A stretch of 64,000 nt of DNA, from contig CAVUZJ010000018.1 of assembly GCA_963745975.1 (NCBI GenBank), positions 119,715 through 183,714 on the forward strand, written 5' to 3'. Shown piece after piece: positions 49,711 to 60,126 of the stretch; positions within the stretch are counted from its first letter, which is position 1, and every line of letters begins with the position of its first letter. A model generated the notes under the pieces. That model was not told where the DNA came from. It saw only the letters and a list, made by a program, of their open reading frames with translations, and searched no databases. This stretch comes from an uncultured Pseudomonadota bacterium (lineage in GTDB: Bacteria; Pseudomonadota; Alphaproteobacteria; Acetobacterales; Acetobacteraceae). A program made the translations under genes and the position numbers.

Positions 49711-51039
49711 TCAACCGACGAATCGGAGCGTTGCGAAGCGGCGGCGGAAGGAAGTGACGTCGCGCGCGACGTCGCCGGCGCCCGCCGGGTTTTCGAGCGC
49801 ACGCGCGATGTAGCTCGCGAGTTCCGGCATCTCCGCCGGCCCCATGCCCCAGCGGACGATCTCCGGCGTGCCGAGGCGGAGGCCGTTCACGTCGCTGGCG
49901 ACGGGCGGGATGGGCAGGCCGATCCCGCAGGCGAGGATGTTGGCCCGGCGGAGGATCTTCGCGGCTTGCTGGCCGCCGCCCCAGCGTGTCGCCTCCAGGG
50001 CGAACTGGTGCGAGCTTGTCATTCCCTGCGCGGCGGCGAAGACCGGGAGGCCCTGGGCGGCGAGCGAGGTGGCGAGCGCGTGCGCGGTCTCGGCCATAGC
50101 GGCGGCGTACGCGGCGCCGTGGCGTTTCCAGTCGAGCAGCGTGATCGCGAGCGAGGCGGATTTCGAGACGTCGAAATTGGCGGTGAGGCCGGGATAGGCG
50201 ATCGCATCGATGCGCCGGGCGAGCTCGGGTTCGTTGGTGAGGATCAGACCCGAGGGCGGGCCGCCCAAAGACTTGTAGGTGCTCATCGTCATGATGTGCG
50301 CCCCTTCCTCGAGCGGACGCTGCCAGGCGCGGCCGGCGATCATTCCGGAGAGATGCGCGGCATCGAAGAGAACGAAAGCGCCGACTTCGTCGGCGATGGC
50401 GCGGATATCACGGATCGGGTGGGGAAAGAGGTTGAGGCTGCCGCCGACCGTGATGAGCTTCGGCTTCGCGCGCAAGGCCACGGCGCGCAAGGCGGCGACA
50501 TCCACCGTGTAGCGGGCGGGATCGATCGGCGCGGGGACGGTGACGAGGCCGTAGCATCCGGCGGCGCCGGCGCGATGGTGCGTCACATGGCCGCCGATCT
50601 CCGGTGGTGGCGCGATGATCGTGTCGCCGGGCTTCGCGGTAGCCATGAAGACGGTGAGGTTGGCGATGGCGCCGGACGGCATGCGGATCTCGGCGAACCG
50701 CGCACCGAAGGTCTCGGCGGCGAGCTCGGCCGCGATCACCTCGATCTTCTCGATCGCCTCGAGCCCCATCTCGTATTTATCGCCAGGATAGCCGAGCGAG
50801 GCCCGGGTGCCGAGGCCTTGGGCGAGTACTGCCTCGGCCTCGGGGTTCATCACGTTCGTTGCCGGGTTAAGATTGATGCAGTGGTACTCGTGGATGGCGC
50901 GGCTCTCGGCGATCAGCGCCGTGATCTCCGCTTCTATCGCGTTGGCGTCCGAGCCGGCGACGCGCGCGGCGATCGCGCGGACGAGTCCCTCGGATGCCGG
51001 CGGGACCCAGTCACGTTCGCCGAGCATAGCGGCGCGCAC
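49711..51039 (-). CDS. Divergent serine hydroxymethyltransferase-family PLP enzyme
   Basis: SHMT-fold blocks INLNPATNVMNPE, GYPGDKYEMG, PSGAIANL, GGHVTHH, LFDAAHLSG, MSTYKSLGGPPSGLIL (PLP lysine). It lacks the canonical N-terminal region of housekeeping GlyA as I remember it. Confidence 0.8.
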   Translation of the reverse strand: MRAAMLGERDWVPPASEGLVRAIAARVAGSDANAIEAEITALIAESRAIHEYHCINLNPATNVMNPEAEAVLAQGLGTRASLGYPGDKYEMGLEAIEKIEVIAAELAAETFGARFAEIRMPSGAIANLTVFMATAKPGDTIIAPPPEIGGHVTHHRAGAAGCYGLVTVPAPIDPARYTVDVAALRAVALRAKPKLITVGGSLNLFPHPIRDIRAIADEVGAFVLFDAAHLSGMIAGRAWQRPLEEGAHIMTMSTYKSLGGPPSGLILTNEPELARRIDAIAYPGLTANFDVSKSASLAITLLDWKRHGAAYAAAMAETAHALATSLAAQGLPVFAAAQGMTSSHQFALEATRWGGGQQAAKILRRANILACGIGLPIPPVASDVNGLRLGTPEIVRWGMGPAEMPELASYIARALENPAGAGDVARDVTSFRRRFATLRFVG

Positions 51040-51042
51040 GAA

Positions 51043-51465
51043 TCAGCCGGTGATTTCGGCCGGGGTAAAGAAGAAGGAGATTTCGGCGGAAGCGGTCTCG
51101 GGGGAATCCGAGCCGTGCACGGAGTTCGCCTCGATGCTCTCGCCGAAGCGTGCGCGGATGGTCCCCGGGGCCGCCTTCGCGGGATCGGTTGCGCCCATCA
51201 CGGCGCGGTTACGCGCCACCGCGTCCTCGCCCTCGAGCACCTGCACCACGACCGGACCCGAGATCATGAAGGAGACAAGGTCGGCGAAGAACGGCCGCGC
51301 CTTGTGCACCGCGTAGAATTCTTCGGCCTGAGCACGGGTGAGGTGCAGGCGCTTCTGCCCGATGATGCGCAACCCTGCCTCCTCGATCGCGGCGTTGATC
51401 GCGCCGGTGAGGTTGCGCCGCGTGGCGTCGGGCTTGATGATCGAAAGAGTACGGCTCGCAGGCAT
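51043..51465 (-). CDS. ndk: Nucleoside diphosphate kinase
   Basis: Start [14 protein letters not shown] at 51465. NSVHGSDS catalytic His. 140 aa. Confidence 0.97.
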   Translation of the reverse strand: MPASRTLSIIKPDATRRNLTGAINAAIEEAGLRIIGQKRLHLTRAQAEEFYAVHKARPFFADLVSFMISGPVVVQVLEGEDAVARNRAVMGATDPAKAAPGTIRARFGESIEANSVHGSDSPETASAEISFFFTPAEITG

Positions 51466-51580
51466 GTTCGGTTCCGTTGAGAGGTCCGGGGATTGTCTCG
51501 GATTGCGGGGGTCGGCGCGCGCGTTTAGACGGGTTCCCCGGGAGGGGCAACCCCCAGGGAACGCGAGAGGCGGGGCCGAA

Positions 51581-52039
51581 TCAGGCCTTGCGTTCCCACC
51601 CAAGTGCACCCTGCTGCCAGTAGGTGAGGGTGTGGCGGGCTTCCTTGGCGGCGGCCCATCGTTCGCGTGCGGCGGTGACAGCGGACGCGTCGGCACCGTC
51701 GAAAAGGTCGAAAACGCGGGTAAAGCGGACGAAGTTGGGGCAAGAGGCGCCGTCAATGAGGAAGAGAAAATGGGCGCCATTCGGGGGATCCGCGGAGTCG
51801 CGCATCGCGCTCGTGATCCATATTGGCTGCAGCTCGGCCTCACCCATGCGCGCGGTGCCGTGCGGCAGCCAGACCGGATCCGGGCAGAGCCAGAGTGCGG
51901 CATCGATCGCCTCGACGCGCTCGGGTCCGCCGCAGAGCACGAGCGCGCGCTCGCCGGCCGCGAGCGTGCGGCCGAGGAGCTTGGGAAGCGCCCGATCGGG
52001 GCCGGTGCGCATAAGGTGATAGAAGCCGATCTCGCTCAT
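51581..52039 (-). CDS. holC: DNA polymerase III subunit chi
   Basis: MSEIGFYHL...[19 protein letters not shown]...[13 protein letters not shown] (HolC family pattern). Confidence 0.85.
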   Translation of the reverse strand: MSEIGFYHLMRTGPDRALPKLLGRTLAAGERALVLCGGPERVEAIDAALWLCPDPVWLPHGTARMGEAELQPIWITSAMRDSADPPNGAHFLFLIDGASCPNFVRFTRVFDLFDGADASAVTAARERWAAAKEARHTLTYWQQGALGWERKA

Positions 52040-52067
52040 CGCCGGCCGGGGCGAGCGGAGTGCACCG

Positions 52068-52667
52068 CTACGGGCGAGGCAGGGGGGCCCGGCGGAAGGC
52101 GGCGACCAGTGCGGCGGCCAAGGCAGCCTTGGTCAGATCGGCGGGGACGAAGGGGAGCAGGCCCAGCTGCACGCTCCGTTGCCAGCCGATGAGGTGAGCG
52201 AGCCAGGAGACCCCGCAAAGATAGATGACGGCGACACCGCCGAGCATCGCCCCGAAGAGAAGCAGCGGGTGGGCGCGGAGGCCGCGATCGGCGAGGTGGC
52301 CGACGAGGAGGGCCGCCAGGAGGAACCCCACGAGGTAGCCCGCGGTTGGCCCGAGGAAATAGGCGGGGCCGGCGACGGGGCCGGCGAAGACCGGCAGGCC
52401 GGCGGCGCCTTCGGCGAGCCACAGCAGAACGGCGCCGCCGCCGAGGGCGGCGCCGAAGAGGCCGGCAAGGCCCACGACGGCGAGGGTCTCGAGCGTCATC
52501 GGCACCGGCCAGAACGGCACCTCCGTCTTGGCGGAGAGGGCGAGCGCGGCACTCGCGAGCAGGATTCCAACCGGGAGCGCCCAGCGGGACGCCAAGAAAC
52601 CCGCCATGGGCCGTCGGACGCCGAGAAGAAGGAAGGCGCCTGGCGGCATCGGATCGGGCGTCGGCAT
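52068..52667 (-). CDS. bioY: Biotin transporter BioY
   Basis: VPMTLETLAVVGLAGLFG...GAAGLPVFAG...GPTAGYLVGFLLAALLVG... ATG 52667 has AAGGA 4 nt upstream. Alternative start at 52607. Confidence 0.85.
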   Translation of the reverse strand: MPTPDPMPPGAFLLLGVRRPMAGFLASRWALPVGILLASAALALSAKTEVPFWPVPMTLETLAVVGLAGLFGAALGGGAVLLWLAEGAAGLPVFAGPVAGPAYFLGPTAGYLVGFLLAALLVGHLADRGLRAHPLLLFGAMLGGVAVIYLCGVSWLAHLIGWQRSVQLGLLPFVPADLTKAALAAALVAAFRRAPLPRP

Positions 52668-52672
52668 GTTCC

Positions 52673-53602
52673 TTACCGCGTCGGACGGGGCGGGGTCTGG
52701 GAATAATCGTAGAAGCCACGGCCGGTTTTTCGACCAAGCCAACCGGCTTCGACGTATTTCACGAGCAGCGGACAGGGGCGGTACTTCGTGTCCGCGAGAC
52801 CCTCGTGGAGCACCTGCATGACCGAGAGGCAGGTATCGAGGCCGACCAGGTCGGCGAGCTCGAGCGGGCCCATCGGGTGATTGGCGCCGAGCCGCATCGC
52901 GGTGTCGATCGCGGCGACCGAGCCCACCCCTTCGTAGATCGCGTAGACCGCCTCGTTGATCATCGGCACCAGGATGCGGTTGACGATGAAGGCAGGATAA
53001 TCCTCGGCGACCGCCGTCGTCTTGCCGAGCCGCAAGGCCAGCGCCTGGATCGCCTGGAAGGTCGGCTCGTCGGTCGCGATGCCGCGGATCAGCTCGACGA
53101 GCTTCATCACAGGCACCGGATTCATGAAGTGCATGCCGATGAACTTCCCCGGCCGGTCGGTCGAGGCGGCGAGCCGCGTGATCGAGATCGAGGAGGTGTT
53201 CGAGGCGATCAGGCAGTCGGGCTTGAGGTGCGGCGTCAGGCTCTTGAAAATGGCGCGCTTGATTTCCTCCTTCTCGGTCGCCGCCTCGATGACGAGGTCG
53301 CAATCGGCGAACGCCGCATAATCCGTCGCCGTCCGGATGCGCGCGAGCGCCGCCTCCTTCTCCTCCGCGGTGATGATCTTGCGCGCGACCTGGCGGTCCA
53401 TGTTGTGGGCGATCGTCGCCATCGCCTTCTCGAGCGCCTTGGGATCGACGTCGAGCATCGTCACCCCGAACCCGGCGAGGGCGGCGACATGGGCGATACC
53501 GTTGCCCATCTGGCCGGCGCCAATCACCCCCACCGAAGCGATCGAAGGCGCCTCGAGCCCCATATCGGTGGCGGCCGCGGCGGGCTCGCGTTCGAGGTTC
53601 AT
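52673..53602 (-). CDS. hbd: 3-hydroxybutyryl-CoA dehydrogenase
   Basis: VGVIGAGQMGNGIA, IEAATEKEEIK, SNTSSISIT, GMHFMNPVPVMKLVE, LGRKTGRGFYDY. Confidence 0.93.
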   Translation of the reverse strand: MNLEREPAAAATDMGLEAPSIASVGVIGAGQMGNGIAHVAALAGFGVTMLDVDPKALEKAMATIAHNMDRQVARKIITAEEKEAALARIRTATDYAAFADCDLVIEAATEKEEIKRAIFKSLTPHLKPDCLIASNTSSISITRLAASTDRPGKFIGMHFMNPVPVMKLVELIRGIATDEPTFQAIQALALRLGKTTAVAEDYPAFIVNRILVPMINEAVYAIYEGVGSVAAIDTAMRLGANHPMGPLELADLVGLDTCLSVMQVLHEGLADTKYRPCPLLVKYVEAGWLGRKTGRGFYDYSQTPPRPTR

Positions 53603-54549
53603 GGGTTCTTCTCCAACTCGAGAGCGAGTTCGGGCAAGGCGGTAAAGAGGTCGGCGACCAGCCCGTAATCGGCGATCTGGAAGATCGGCGCTTCGCCGTC
53701 CTTGTTGATGGCAACAATCACCTTGCTGTCCTTCATGCCGGCGAGATGCTGGATGGCACCGGAAATGCCCACGGCGATGTAGAGATCCGGCGCCACCACC
53801 TTCCCGGTCTGGCCGACCTGGAAATCGTTCGGCACAAAGCCCGCATCGACGGCGGCGCGCGACGCACCGATAGCCGCGCCGAGGCGATCGGCGATCGGAT
53901 CGAGCAGCTTGAAATTGTCCCCGCTCTGCATGCCCCGCCCGCCCGAGATCACGACGCGCGCGGCGGTGAGCTCCGGCCGCTCGTTCTTCGAGAGATCGGC
54001 CGAGACGTAGCGCGAGGCGCCATGGGAAGCGGCATCGGAGGCGGGCACGGAGACCGGCTCGATCGGCGCCGCGCCGCCCTCCGCCGGAACCGGATCGAAG
54101 CTCGCTGCGCGTACCGTGATCACTTTCTTCGTATCGCTCGAGCGCACCGTGGCGAGCGCGTTGCCGGCGTAGATCGGGCGGATGAACGTGTCCGCGTCGA
54201 TCACGCCCGCGATGTCGCTGATCGGCTGCACGTCGAGCAACGCGGCGGCGCGCGGCATCACGTTCTTTCCCACCGCGGTCGAGGCGGCAAGGAGGTGCGT
54301 GTAGGACGGGGCCAAGGCGACCAGCAGCGCCGCCATTGGCTCCGCCAGCGCATGGGCGAGCGAGGGGTCATCCGCCACCAGCACTTTCGCGACACCGGGC
54401 AGCTTCGCCGCCGCGGCGGCAGCCGCCTCGAGCCCGGAGCCGGCAACCAGCCCATGCACCTCCCCGAGCTTCGCGGCCGCCGCGACCGCGCTCCGCGAGG
54501 GCTGCTTGATCGCTCCACCCTCGTGCTCCAGCAGGACCAGCACAGCCAT
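53599..54549 (-). CDS. etfA: Electron transfer flavoprotein subunit alpha
   Basis: [12 protein letters not shown]..., [49 protein letters not shown]. Confidence 0.95.
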   Translation of the reverse strand: MAVLVLLEHEGGAIKQPSRSAVAAAAKLGEVHGLVAGSGLEAAAAAAAKLPGVAKVLVADDPSLAHALAEPMAALLVALAPSYTHLLAASTAVGKNVMPRAAALLDVQPISDIAGVIDADTFIRPIYAGNALATVRSSDTKKVITVRAASFDPVPAEGGAAPIEPVSVPASDAASHGASRYVSADLSKNERPELTAARVVISGGRGMQSGDNFKLLDPIADRLGAAIGASRAAVDAGFVPNDFQVGQTGKVVAPDLYIAVGISGAIQHLAGMKDSKVIVAINKDGEAPIFQIADYGLVADLFTALPELALELEKNP

Positions 54550-55304
54550 CAGATGACCTTCGCTTCGCTTCTGAGCTTCTGGACGAGCTCGGCAACCGAG
54601 CCGACCTTCTTGCCCGCCTGGCGCCGCGGCGGCTCCGCCACCTCTACGAGGGTAAGTCGCTGGGACGGATCGACGCCGAGCTCCTCGGGTTTCGTCGTCT
54701 CGATCGGTTTGCGCCTGGCCTTCATGATGTTGGGCAGGCTCGCATAGCGCGGCTCGTTCAGCCGGAGGTCGGTGGTGACGACCGCCGGCAGCGAGAGAGC
54801 CACCGTCTCGAGGCCGCCATCGACCTCACGGGTCACCATCGCGGTATCGCCCTCGATCACGAGCCGGGAGGCAAAGGTCCCCTGCGGCCAGCCAAGCAGG
54901 GCGGCCAGCATTTGGCCGGTGGCGTTCATGTCGTCGTCAATCGCCTGCTTGCCGAGAATGATCAGGCGGGGCCCCTCGCGTTCGGCGATGGCCTTGAGCA
55001 GCTTGGCGACGGCCAGCGGCTCGAGTGCCGCGTCGGTCTCAACCAGGATGCCGCGATCGGCGCCCATCGCAAGCGCGGTGCGCAGCGTCTCGGCGCAGGC
55101 CGCCGGGCCCAGCGAGACGGCCACGACCTCGCCGGCGAGTCCCTTCTCTTTGAGGCGGAGCGCCTCCTCGACCGCGATCTCGTCGAAGGGGTTCATCGAC
55201 ATCTTGACGCCGACCGTCTCGACCCCCGAGCCGTCCGATTTCACCCTCACCTTGACGTTGTAGTCGACCACCCGCTTGACGGGGACGAGGATCTTGATCG
55301 TCAT
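54549..55304 (-). CDS. etfB: Electron transfer flavoprotein subunit beta
   Basis: Start [21 protein letters not shown] at 55304. [28 protein letters not shown]. Confidence 0.95.
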   Translation of the reverse strand: MTIKILVPVKRVVDYNVKVRVKSDGSGVETVGVKMSMNPFDEIAVEEALRLKEKGLAGEVVAVSLGPAACAETLRTALAMGADRGILVETDAALEPLAVAKLLKAIAEREGPRLIILGKQAIDDDMNATGQMLAALLGWPQGTFASRLVIEGDTAMVTREVDGGLETVALSLPAVVTTDLRLNEPRYASLPNIMKARRKPIETTKPEELGVDPSQRLTLVEVAEPPRRQAGKKVGSVAELVQKLRSEAKVI

Positions 55305-55503
55305 GCCATGCCGTTTCAGAAAACGCGCTGCCGGTGCCCGCCGGCCCAAGGGGCTGCCGTGCTATGGAGGCGCCTGCTCGCACCTGCAACAGAAAGGCGC
55401 GGGAACTTAGAGACCCCGCCCTCGCCCTGTCAAACCCGGCGCCTCCGGCGCGGCCGTCTGGTGCTGTTTCGCCCGCTCCGGCTGCATTGTAAAAGTGCTC
55501 GCC

Positions 55504-56454
55504 ATGCCGCGCGGTGATCTTTTCCCCGAAATCGGGCCCTTCGAAAGCGGATACCTGCCGCTCACCGGGGGCCATGTGATGTACTGGGAGCAGGTGGGCA
55601 GCCCGCGCGGACAGCCCGCCCTCTTCCTCCACGGCGGCCCGGGCGCCGGGGCGGGCGCCGTGCACCGGCGCTTCTTCGATCCCGGCTATTGGCGCACCGT
55701 GATCTTCGATCAGCGCGGCGCCGGCCGCTCGCGGCCGCTCGGCAGCCTGGTGCAGAATACGACGCCCGACCTCGTCGAGGATATCGAGCGGCTGCGCCGG
55801 CATCTCGGCATCGAACGCTGGCTGCTGTTCGGCGGCTCCTGGGGCTCGACATTAGCGCTCGCCTACGCTCAGGCCTATCCGGAGCGGGTCAAGGCCTGCG
55901 TGCTGCGCGGCGTGTTCCTCGGTCGCCCGCAGGAGGTGGACTGGTTCCTGCACGGGCTCGCGCACGTCTTCCCCGACGCGCACGCCAATTTTGCCGGCTT
56001 TCTGCCGGAGGTAGAGCGCGCCGACCTGCTCGGTGCCTATCTCACCCGCCTCACCGACGCCGATCCCGCTGTCCATTTGCCGGCGGCCCGGGCATGGTCG
56101 ATCTACGAAGGCTCATGCAGTACCCTGCTACCGAGCCCCGAGACGGTCGCTTCGTTCTCTCAGGACCGCACCGCGCTCGGCCTGGCACGGATCGAGGCGC
56201 ATTACTTCGCCCATGGGCTTTTCTTGCCGCCCGGGGGCCTGCTTGGCGGGATGACACGGATCGGCGCGATCCCGGCCGAGATCGTGCAAGGCCGCTACGA
56301 CATGGTCTGCCCGGCCTGCACCGCCTTCGAACTCGCGGCCGCCTGGCCCGCCGCGCGACTGACAATCATTCCGGACGCCGGCCACTCGGCGCTCGAGCCC
56401 GGGATTCGCCGCGCGCTCGTGGCCGCCGTGGAGCGGCTGCGCACGGCGAGGTGA
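55504..56454 (+). CDS. pip: Prolyl aminopeptidase (proline iminopeptidase)
   Basis: LFLHGGPG, FDQRGAGRS, GGSWGSTLALAYA (GxSxG), IIPDAGHSA. ATG 55504 is preferred over GTG 55495. Confidence 0.9.
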   Translation: MPRGDLFPEIGPFESGYLPLTGGHVMYWEQVGSPRGQPALFLHGGPGAGAGAVHRRFFDPGYWRTVIFDQRGAGRSRPLGSLVQNTTPDLVEDIERLRRHLGIERWLLFGGSWGSTLALAYAQAYPERVKACVLRGVFLGRPQEVDWFLHGLAHVFPDAHANFAGFLPEVERADLLGAYLTRLTDADPAVHLPAARAWSIYEGSCSTLLPSPETVASFSQDRTALGLARIEAHYFAHGLFLPPGGLLGGMTRIGAIPAEIVQGRYDMVCPACTAFELAAAWPAARLTIIPDAGHSALEPGIRRALVAAVERLRTAR

Positions 56455-56497
56455 GGCGGGCCGCGGCCAAGCGCCGCTTCCCCTTGGGCCCCGCGCG

Positions 56498-57325
56498 TCA
56501 GCGCTCCTCGTGGTGGCGGCTCCGGGCGATGAGCCAGGCGCCGATCGGAATGAGCGGCACGGAGAGAAGCTGGCCCATTGTCACGGGGAGGGTGTGGTCC
56601 GGCGCGAGGAAGAAGAGGTAGCGGAGGAACCAGTCGGGCTGGCGAAAGCATTCGCCGATGATGCGCGCGATGGCGTAGCCGACGAGGAAGCCGCCGGTAA
56701 GGAATCCGTCGCGCCTGCGGAGCTTCTCGCGCCGCGAGAGCCGGTACATCACGATGAAGAGGACCACGCCCTCGAGCAGCGCCTCGTAGAGCTCGCTCGG
56801 GTAGCGAGGGGTTGGGCCAGCTCGCGGATAGACCATCGCCAACGGCCACCACCTCGGCGCGGGACGGCCCCAGAGCTCGCCATTGATGAAATTGGCAATG
56901 CGGCCGAGGAAAAGCCCGATCGGCGCGGTCACCGCGACGCGGTCGGCAAAGCCTAGCGTATCGATCCTGTTGCGGCTGCAGAACCATGCGATCGCGACAG
57001 CGACGCCGATCAGCCCGCCATGAAAGCTCATCCCGCCGTCCCACACTGCAGCGATCATCAGGGGATGGGTAAAATAATAGCCAGGCTGGTAGAAGAGCAC
57101 GTAGCCGAGCCGGCCGCCGAGGACGACGCCGAGCGTCGCCCAGCTCAGGAAATCGTCCACCTGCAGCGGGGAGGCGACCGCGGGGGCCTCGCGTACGAGG
57201 CGGTGCAGGAGCCGCCAGGCGAGCAGGAGGGCCGCGATATAGGCGAGCGCGTACCAGCGGATCGAGAACGGGCCGAGATGGACCGCAACCGGATTGAAAT
57301 TCGGAAAGACCAGCACCGAGATCAT
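56498..57325 (-). CDS. lgt: Prolipoprotein diacylglyceryl transferase
   Basis: Start MISVLVFPNFNPV at 57325 (ATGA overlap with hldD). IRWYALAYI, GGRLGYVLFY, GGMSFHGGLIG, GRIANFINGELWGR. Confidence 0.93.
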   Translation of the reverse strand: MISVLVFPNFNPVAVHLGPFSIRWYALAYIAALLLAWRLLHRLVREAPAVASPLQVDDFLSWATLGVVLGGRLGYVLFYQPGYYFTHPLMIAAVWDGGMSFHGGLIGVAVAIAWFCSRNRIDTLGFADRVAVTAPIGLFLGRIANFINGELWGRPAPRWWPLAMVYPRAGPTPRYPSELYEALLEGVVLFIVMYRLSRREKLRRRDGFLTGGFLVGYAIARIIGECFRQPDWFLRYLFFLAPDHTLPVTMGQLLSVPLIPIGAWLIARSRHHEER

Positions 57326-58302
57326 CGATAGGGATCGTCCGTGTTGAGATATTCCTGGACATAGCGCCTGACGCCCTCGGCAAGCGGGAGGAACGGCCCC
57401 GCATAGCCGGCGGCGCGCAATCGGCGCATCGGCGCTTCGGTGTGGTACTGGTATTGCCCTGCAAGCGCGGCCGGCATGTCGATGAATTCGATTTGCGGCT
57501 GCCTGCCCGCGGCGGCCGCGACCGCCCCGGCGAGGGAGAGGTATGTTGCGGACTTTCCAGTCCCGAGATTGAAGAGTCCGCTTATGTCCGGGCGGTCCAT
57601 CAGCCACATCAGCACGTCGACGACGTCGCCCACCCAGATGAAGTCCCGTCGCTGCGCTCCATCGGGGATATCCGGCCGCCCGGAGCGGAAGAGCCGCATG
57701 ACTCCGTGCTTCTCGAGCTCGTCGAACTTCACCTTGACGACCGAGATCATCGGGCCCTTGTGATATTCGTTCGGGCCATAAACGTTGAAGAATTTGAGAC
57801 CGACCCATTGCGGCGGGCGCGCGGCGCCGCCGGCGCAGTTGCGGGCGACCTGGAGATCGAAGGCATGCTTGCTCCAACCGTACGGGTTGAGCGGCCTGAG
57901 GCGGGCAAGGGCTGTCGGGTCGGGATCGTCATCGAAGCCGGCCGTGCCGTCCCCGTAGGTCGCGGCCGAGGAGGCGTAGATCAAGCGCACGCCGCGGAGC
58001 GCGCACCACTCCCACAGGCTCTGCGAGAGCGCGACGTTGGTCTCCCAGACGAGATCGCCGTCGCGGCTCGTGGTGTCGGTCACGGCGCCGAGGTGGAAAA
58101 CCATTTCGATCGGCGGGTGGCGAGCGAGGAAGTCGGCGAGATCCGCTGGCGGCAGGATTTGTGCGGGGGGATGGTGCCGGAGATTGCGCCACTTGTCCTC
58201 CGCCCGCAGCCGATCGACAATCACCACCTCCAGACCGCGCAGGGCGAGCGCGGCGTGCAGGTTGGAGCCGATACAGCCGGCGCCGCCGGTGAGCAGGATC
58301 AT
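57322..58302 (-). CDS. hldD: ADP-glyceromanno-heptose 6-epimerase
   Basis: MILLTGGAGCIGSN, YASSAATYG, YGWSK (YxxxK), FFNVYGPNEYHKG, RDFIWVGDV, FNLGTG. Collinear with E. coli HldD from memory. Confidence 0.9.
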   Translation of the reverse strand: MILLTGGAGCIGSNLHAALALRGLEVVIVDRLRAEDKWRNLRHHPPAQILPPADLADFLARHPPIEMVFHLGAVTDTTSRDGDLVWETNVALSQSLWEWCALRGVRLIYASSAATYGDGTAGFDDDPDPTALARLRPLNPYGWSKHAFDLQVARNCAGGAARPPQWVGLKFFNVYGPNEYHKGPMISVVKVKFDELEKHGVMRLFRSGRPDIPDGAQRRDFIWVGDVVDVLMWLMDRPDISGLFNLGTGKSATYLSLAGAVAAAAGRQPQIEFIDMPAALAGQYQYHTEAPMRRLRAAGYAGPFLPLAEGVRRYVQEYLNTDDPYR

Positions 58303-58357
58303 GGCCGCGCCTTATAGGGGCGGGGCAGCGCCTCCGGAAGATGCAGGAGGGGAAGCG

Positions 58358-58654
58358 ATGGGGGAGCGACCGGCTCTGTTCGACGATCTCGCTGGCATGG
58401 CGGGCGGCGCCTTCTCCGCATTGGTCGGCATCCGGGAGGAGACCGAGGCGGCGCTGCGCTCGCGACTCGACGAGCTGGTCCGCCGCCTGGACCTCGCCAC
58501 CCGACCCGATCTCGAGGCGGTCAAGGAGCTTGCCGCGAATGCGCGGGTGGCCTCGGAGGATGTTGCGGCGAGCCTCGCCAAGCTGGCGGAGCGTCTGGCC
58601 GGGCTCGAAGCGCGGATCGCGGCGCTCGAGAAGCCGCCCTCCCCGGAAGCGTGA
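58358..58654 (+). CDS. ubiK: UbiK (BMFP) family accessory factor
   Basis: Start MGERPALFDDLAGMAGGAFSAL at 58358, followed by a coiled-coil region. About 98 aa, matching the family size. Confidence 0.75.
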   Translation: MGERPALFDDLAGMAGGAFSALVGIREETEAALRSRLDELVRRLDLATRPDLEAVKELAANARVASEDVAASLAKLAERLAGLEARIAALEKPPSPEA

Positions 58655-58767
58655 GGAGGGCCCGCTTGCGGCGCAGCGCGGCGGCTCGTTATGGTGCGCC
58701 GCCACCGGCCCTCGTGAGCCGCCCCGATTCGCTGCCGCGGAGCCCGTCTTCGTCAAGGGAGGTCCCG

Positions 58768-59274
58768 ATGCCCCCCACCGCCTATACCGACCAGAGGGAC
58801 GCCGTCGCCAACCCACTCGATACCGTCGAGCAGATTGTCGCTTCCAATGACTGGTCGTTCGATCGCCGCGGCGAATGCGAGATTGCGGCCAAAGCTCCCG
58901 GTCAGTGGTCGGACTACGTCCTCTATTTCAACTGGTCGGCCGAGATGAGCGCGATGCACTTCACCTGCGCGTTCGATCTCAAGGTGCCGGAACGGCGCCG
59001 CGCGGCTCTCTACGAGTTGCTGGCGCTGGCCAACGAGCGGCTCTGGGTCGGGTATTTCGGCATGGACAGCGACGACGGCGCCCCTGCCTTCCACCACTCC
59101 GTCCTGCTGCGAGGTGCCGCCGGTGCCTCCTCCGAGAGCCTCGAGGACATGGTCGATATCGCGATCACCGAGTGCGAGCGCTTCTTCCCCGCCTTCCAGC
59201 TCACCCTCTGGGGCGGCAAGCCGGCCGCCGAGTCGCTCGCCGCCGCCATGCTGGAATGCGCCGGCGAGGCGTGA
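58768..59274 (+). CDS. YbjN domain-containing protein
   Basis: ATG 58768 is preceded by AAGGGAGG. NPLDTVEQIVASNDWSFDR...YVLYFNW...MHFTCAFDLKVPE (YbjN / T3SS-chaperone-like fold family). Confidence 0.75.
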   Translation: MPPTAYTDQRDAVANPLDTVEQIVASNDWSFDRRGECEIAAKAPGQWSDYVLYFNWSAEMSAMHFTCAFDLKVPERRRAALYELLALANERLWVGYFGMDSDDGAPAFHHSVLLRGAAGASSESLEDMVDIAITECERFFPAFQLTLWGGKPAAESLAAAMLECAGEA

Positions 59275-59299
59275 TCGCGGCGGATTTCCCGGGGACATC

Positions 59300-60106
59300 G
59301 TGAGCGCCCTCCTTCCGCCCGTTCTCCTGGTCGGCTGCGGGCGAATGGGAGGCGCGATGCTCGGGGCTTGGCTCGAGCGCGGGCTTTCGCCCTCCGTGCT
59401 CGTCGATCCGGCGCCGCGCCTGCCGGCCGGAGGTGAGGCGATGATCGTCGTCGGCAATGCGGACAAGGTGCCGGCCGGGTTCGCCCCAGCCGCGATCGCG
59501 CTGGCGATCAAGCCGCAGCAGGCGGCGGCCGTCCTTCCCCAATTCGCTCGCTTCGCCGGTTCGACGGTCTTTCTTTCGATTATGGCAGGCCGGACGATCC
59601 GCAGCTTGCGGGCAATGCTTGGCCCGACCGCATCGGTGGTGCGGGCGATGCCGAACACGCCGGCGGCGATCCGCGCCGGGACCAGCGTGGCCTGCGCGGG
59701 GCCTGGCGTGAGCGGAACGGAGCGGCAGCTTTGCGAGACGCTGCTTGGTTCCGTGGGCAAGGTCGCCTGGGTGGCTGACGAAAGCCTTCTGGATGCCGTC
59801 ACCGCGCTCTCGGGGAGCGGCCCGGCTTATGTCTTCCTTCTGGCCGAGTTGCTGGAGCGCGCGGGCGTAGAGCAGGGGCTGCCGGCCGATCTCGCCCGGC
59901 TGCTGGCCCGGCGGACGATCTCGGGCGCCGGTGCCCTGCTCGATGCGAGCCCCGAGGATGCCGCGGAGCTCCGCGTCGCGGTTACCAGCCCAGGCGGCAC
60001 GACCGAGCGGGCGCTCTCGATCCTGATGGAAGAAAATGCCTGGCCCACGGCAGTCTCGCGCGCCATCGCGGCCGCTACCGCACGCTCGCGCGAGCTAGCG
60101 GGATAA
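59300..60106 (+). CDS. proC: Pyrroline-5-carboxylate reductase
   Basis: GTG 59300. VLLVGCGRMGGAM, IKPQ, RAMPNTPA, SGSGPAYVF, VTSPGGTTE. Confidence 0.92.
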   Translation: MSALLPPVLLVGCGRMGGAMLGAWLERGLSPSVLVDPAPRLPAGGEAMIVVGNADKVPAGFAPAAIALAIKPQQAAAVLPQFARFAGSTVFLSIMAGRTIRSLRAMLGPTASVVRAMPNTPAAIRAGTSVACAGPGVSGTERQLCETLLGSVGKVAWVADESLLDAVTALSGSGPAYVFLLAELLERAGVEQGLPADLARLLARRTISGAGALLDASPEDAAELRVAVTSPGGTTERALSILMEENAWPTAVSRAIAAATARSRELAG

Positions 60107-60126
60107 GCCGACCAAGGGTGTCCAGC

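Noticed and set aside
49558-51480. 640-aa plus-strand ORF
   Set aside because: It is antisense to the SHMT-family gene and ndk, with no recognisable domain.
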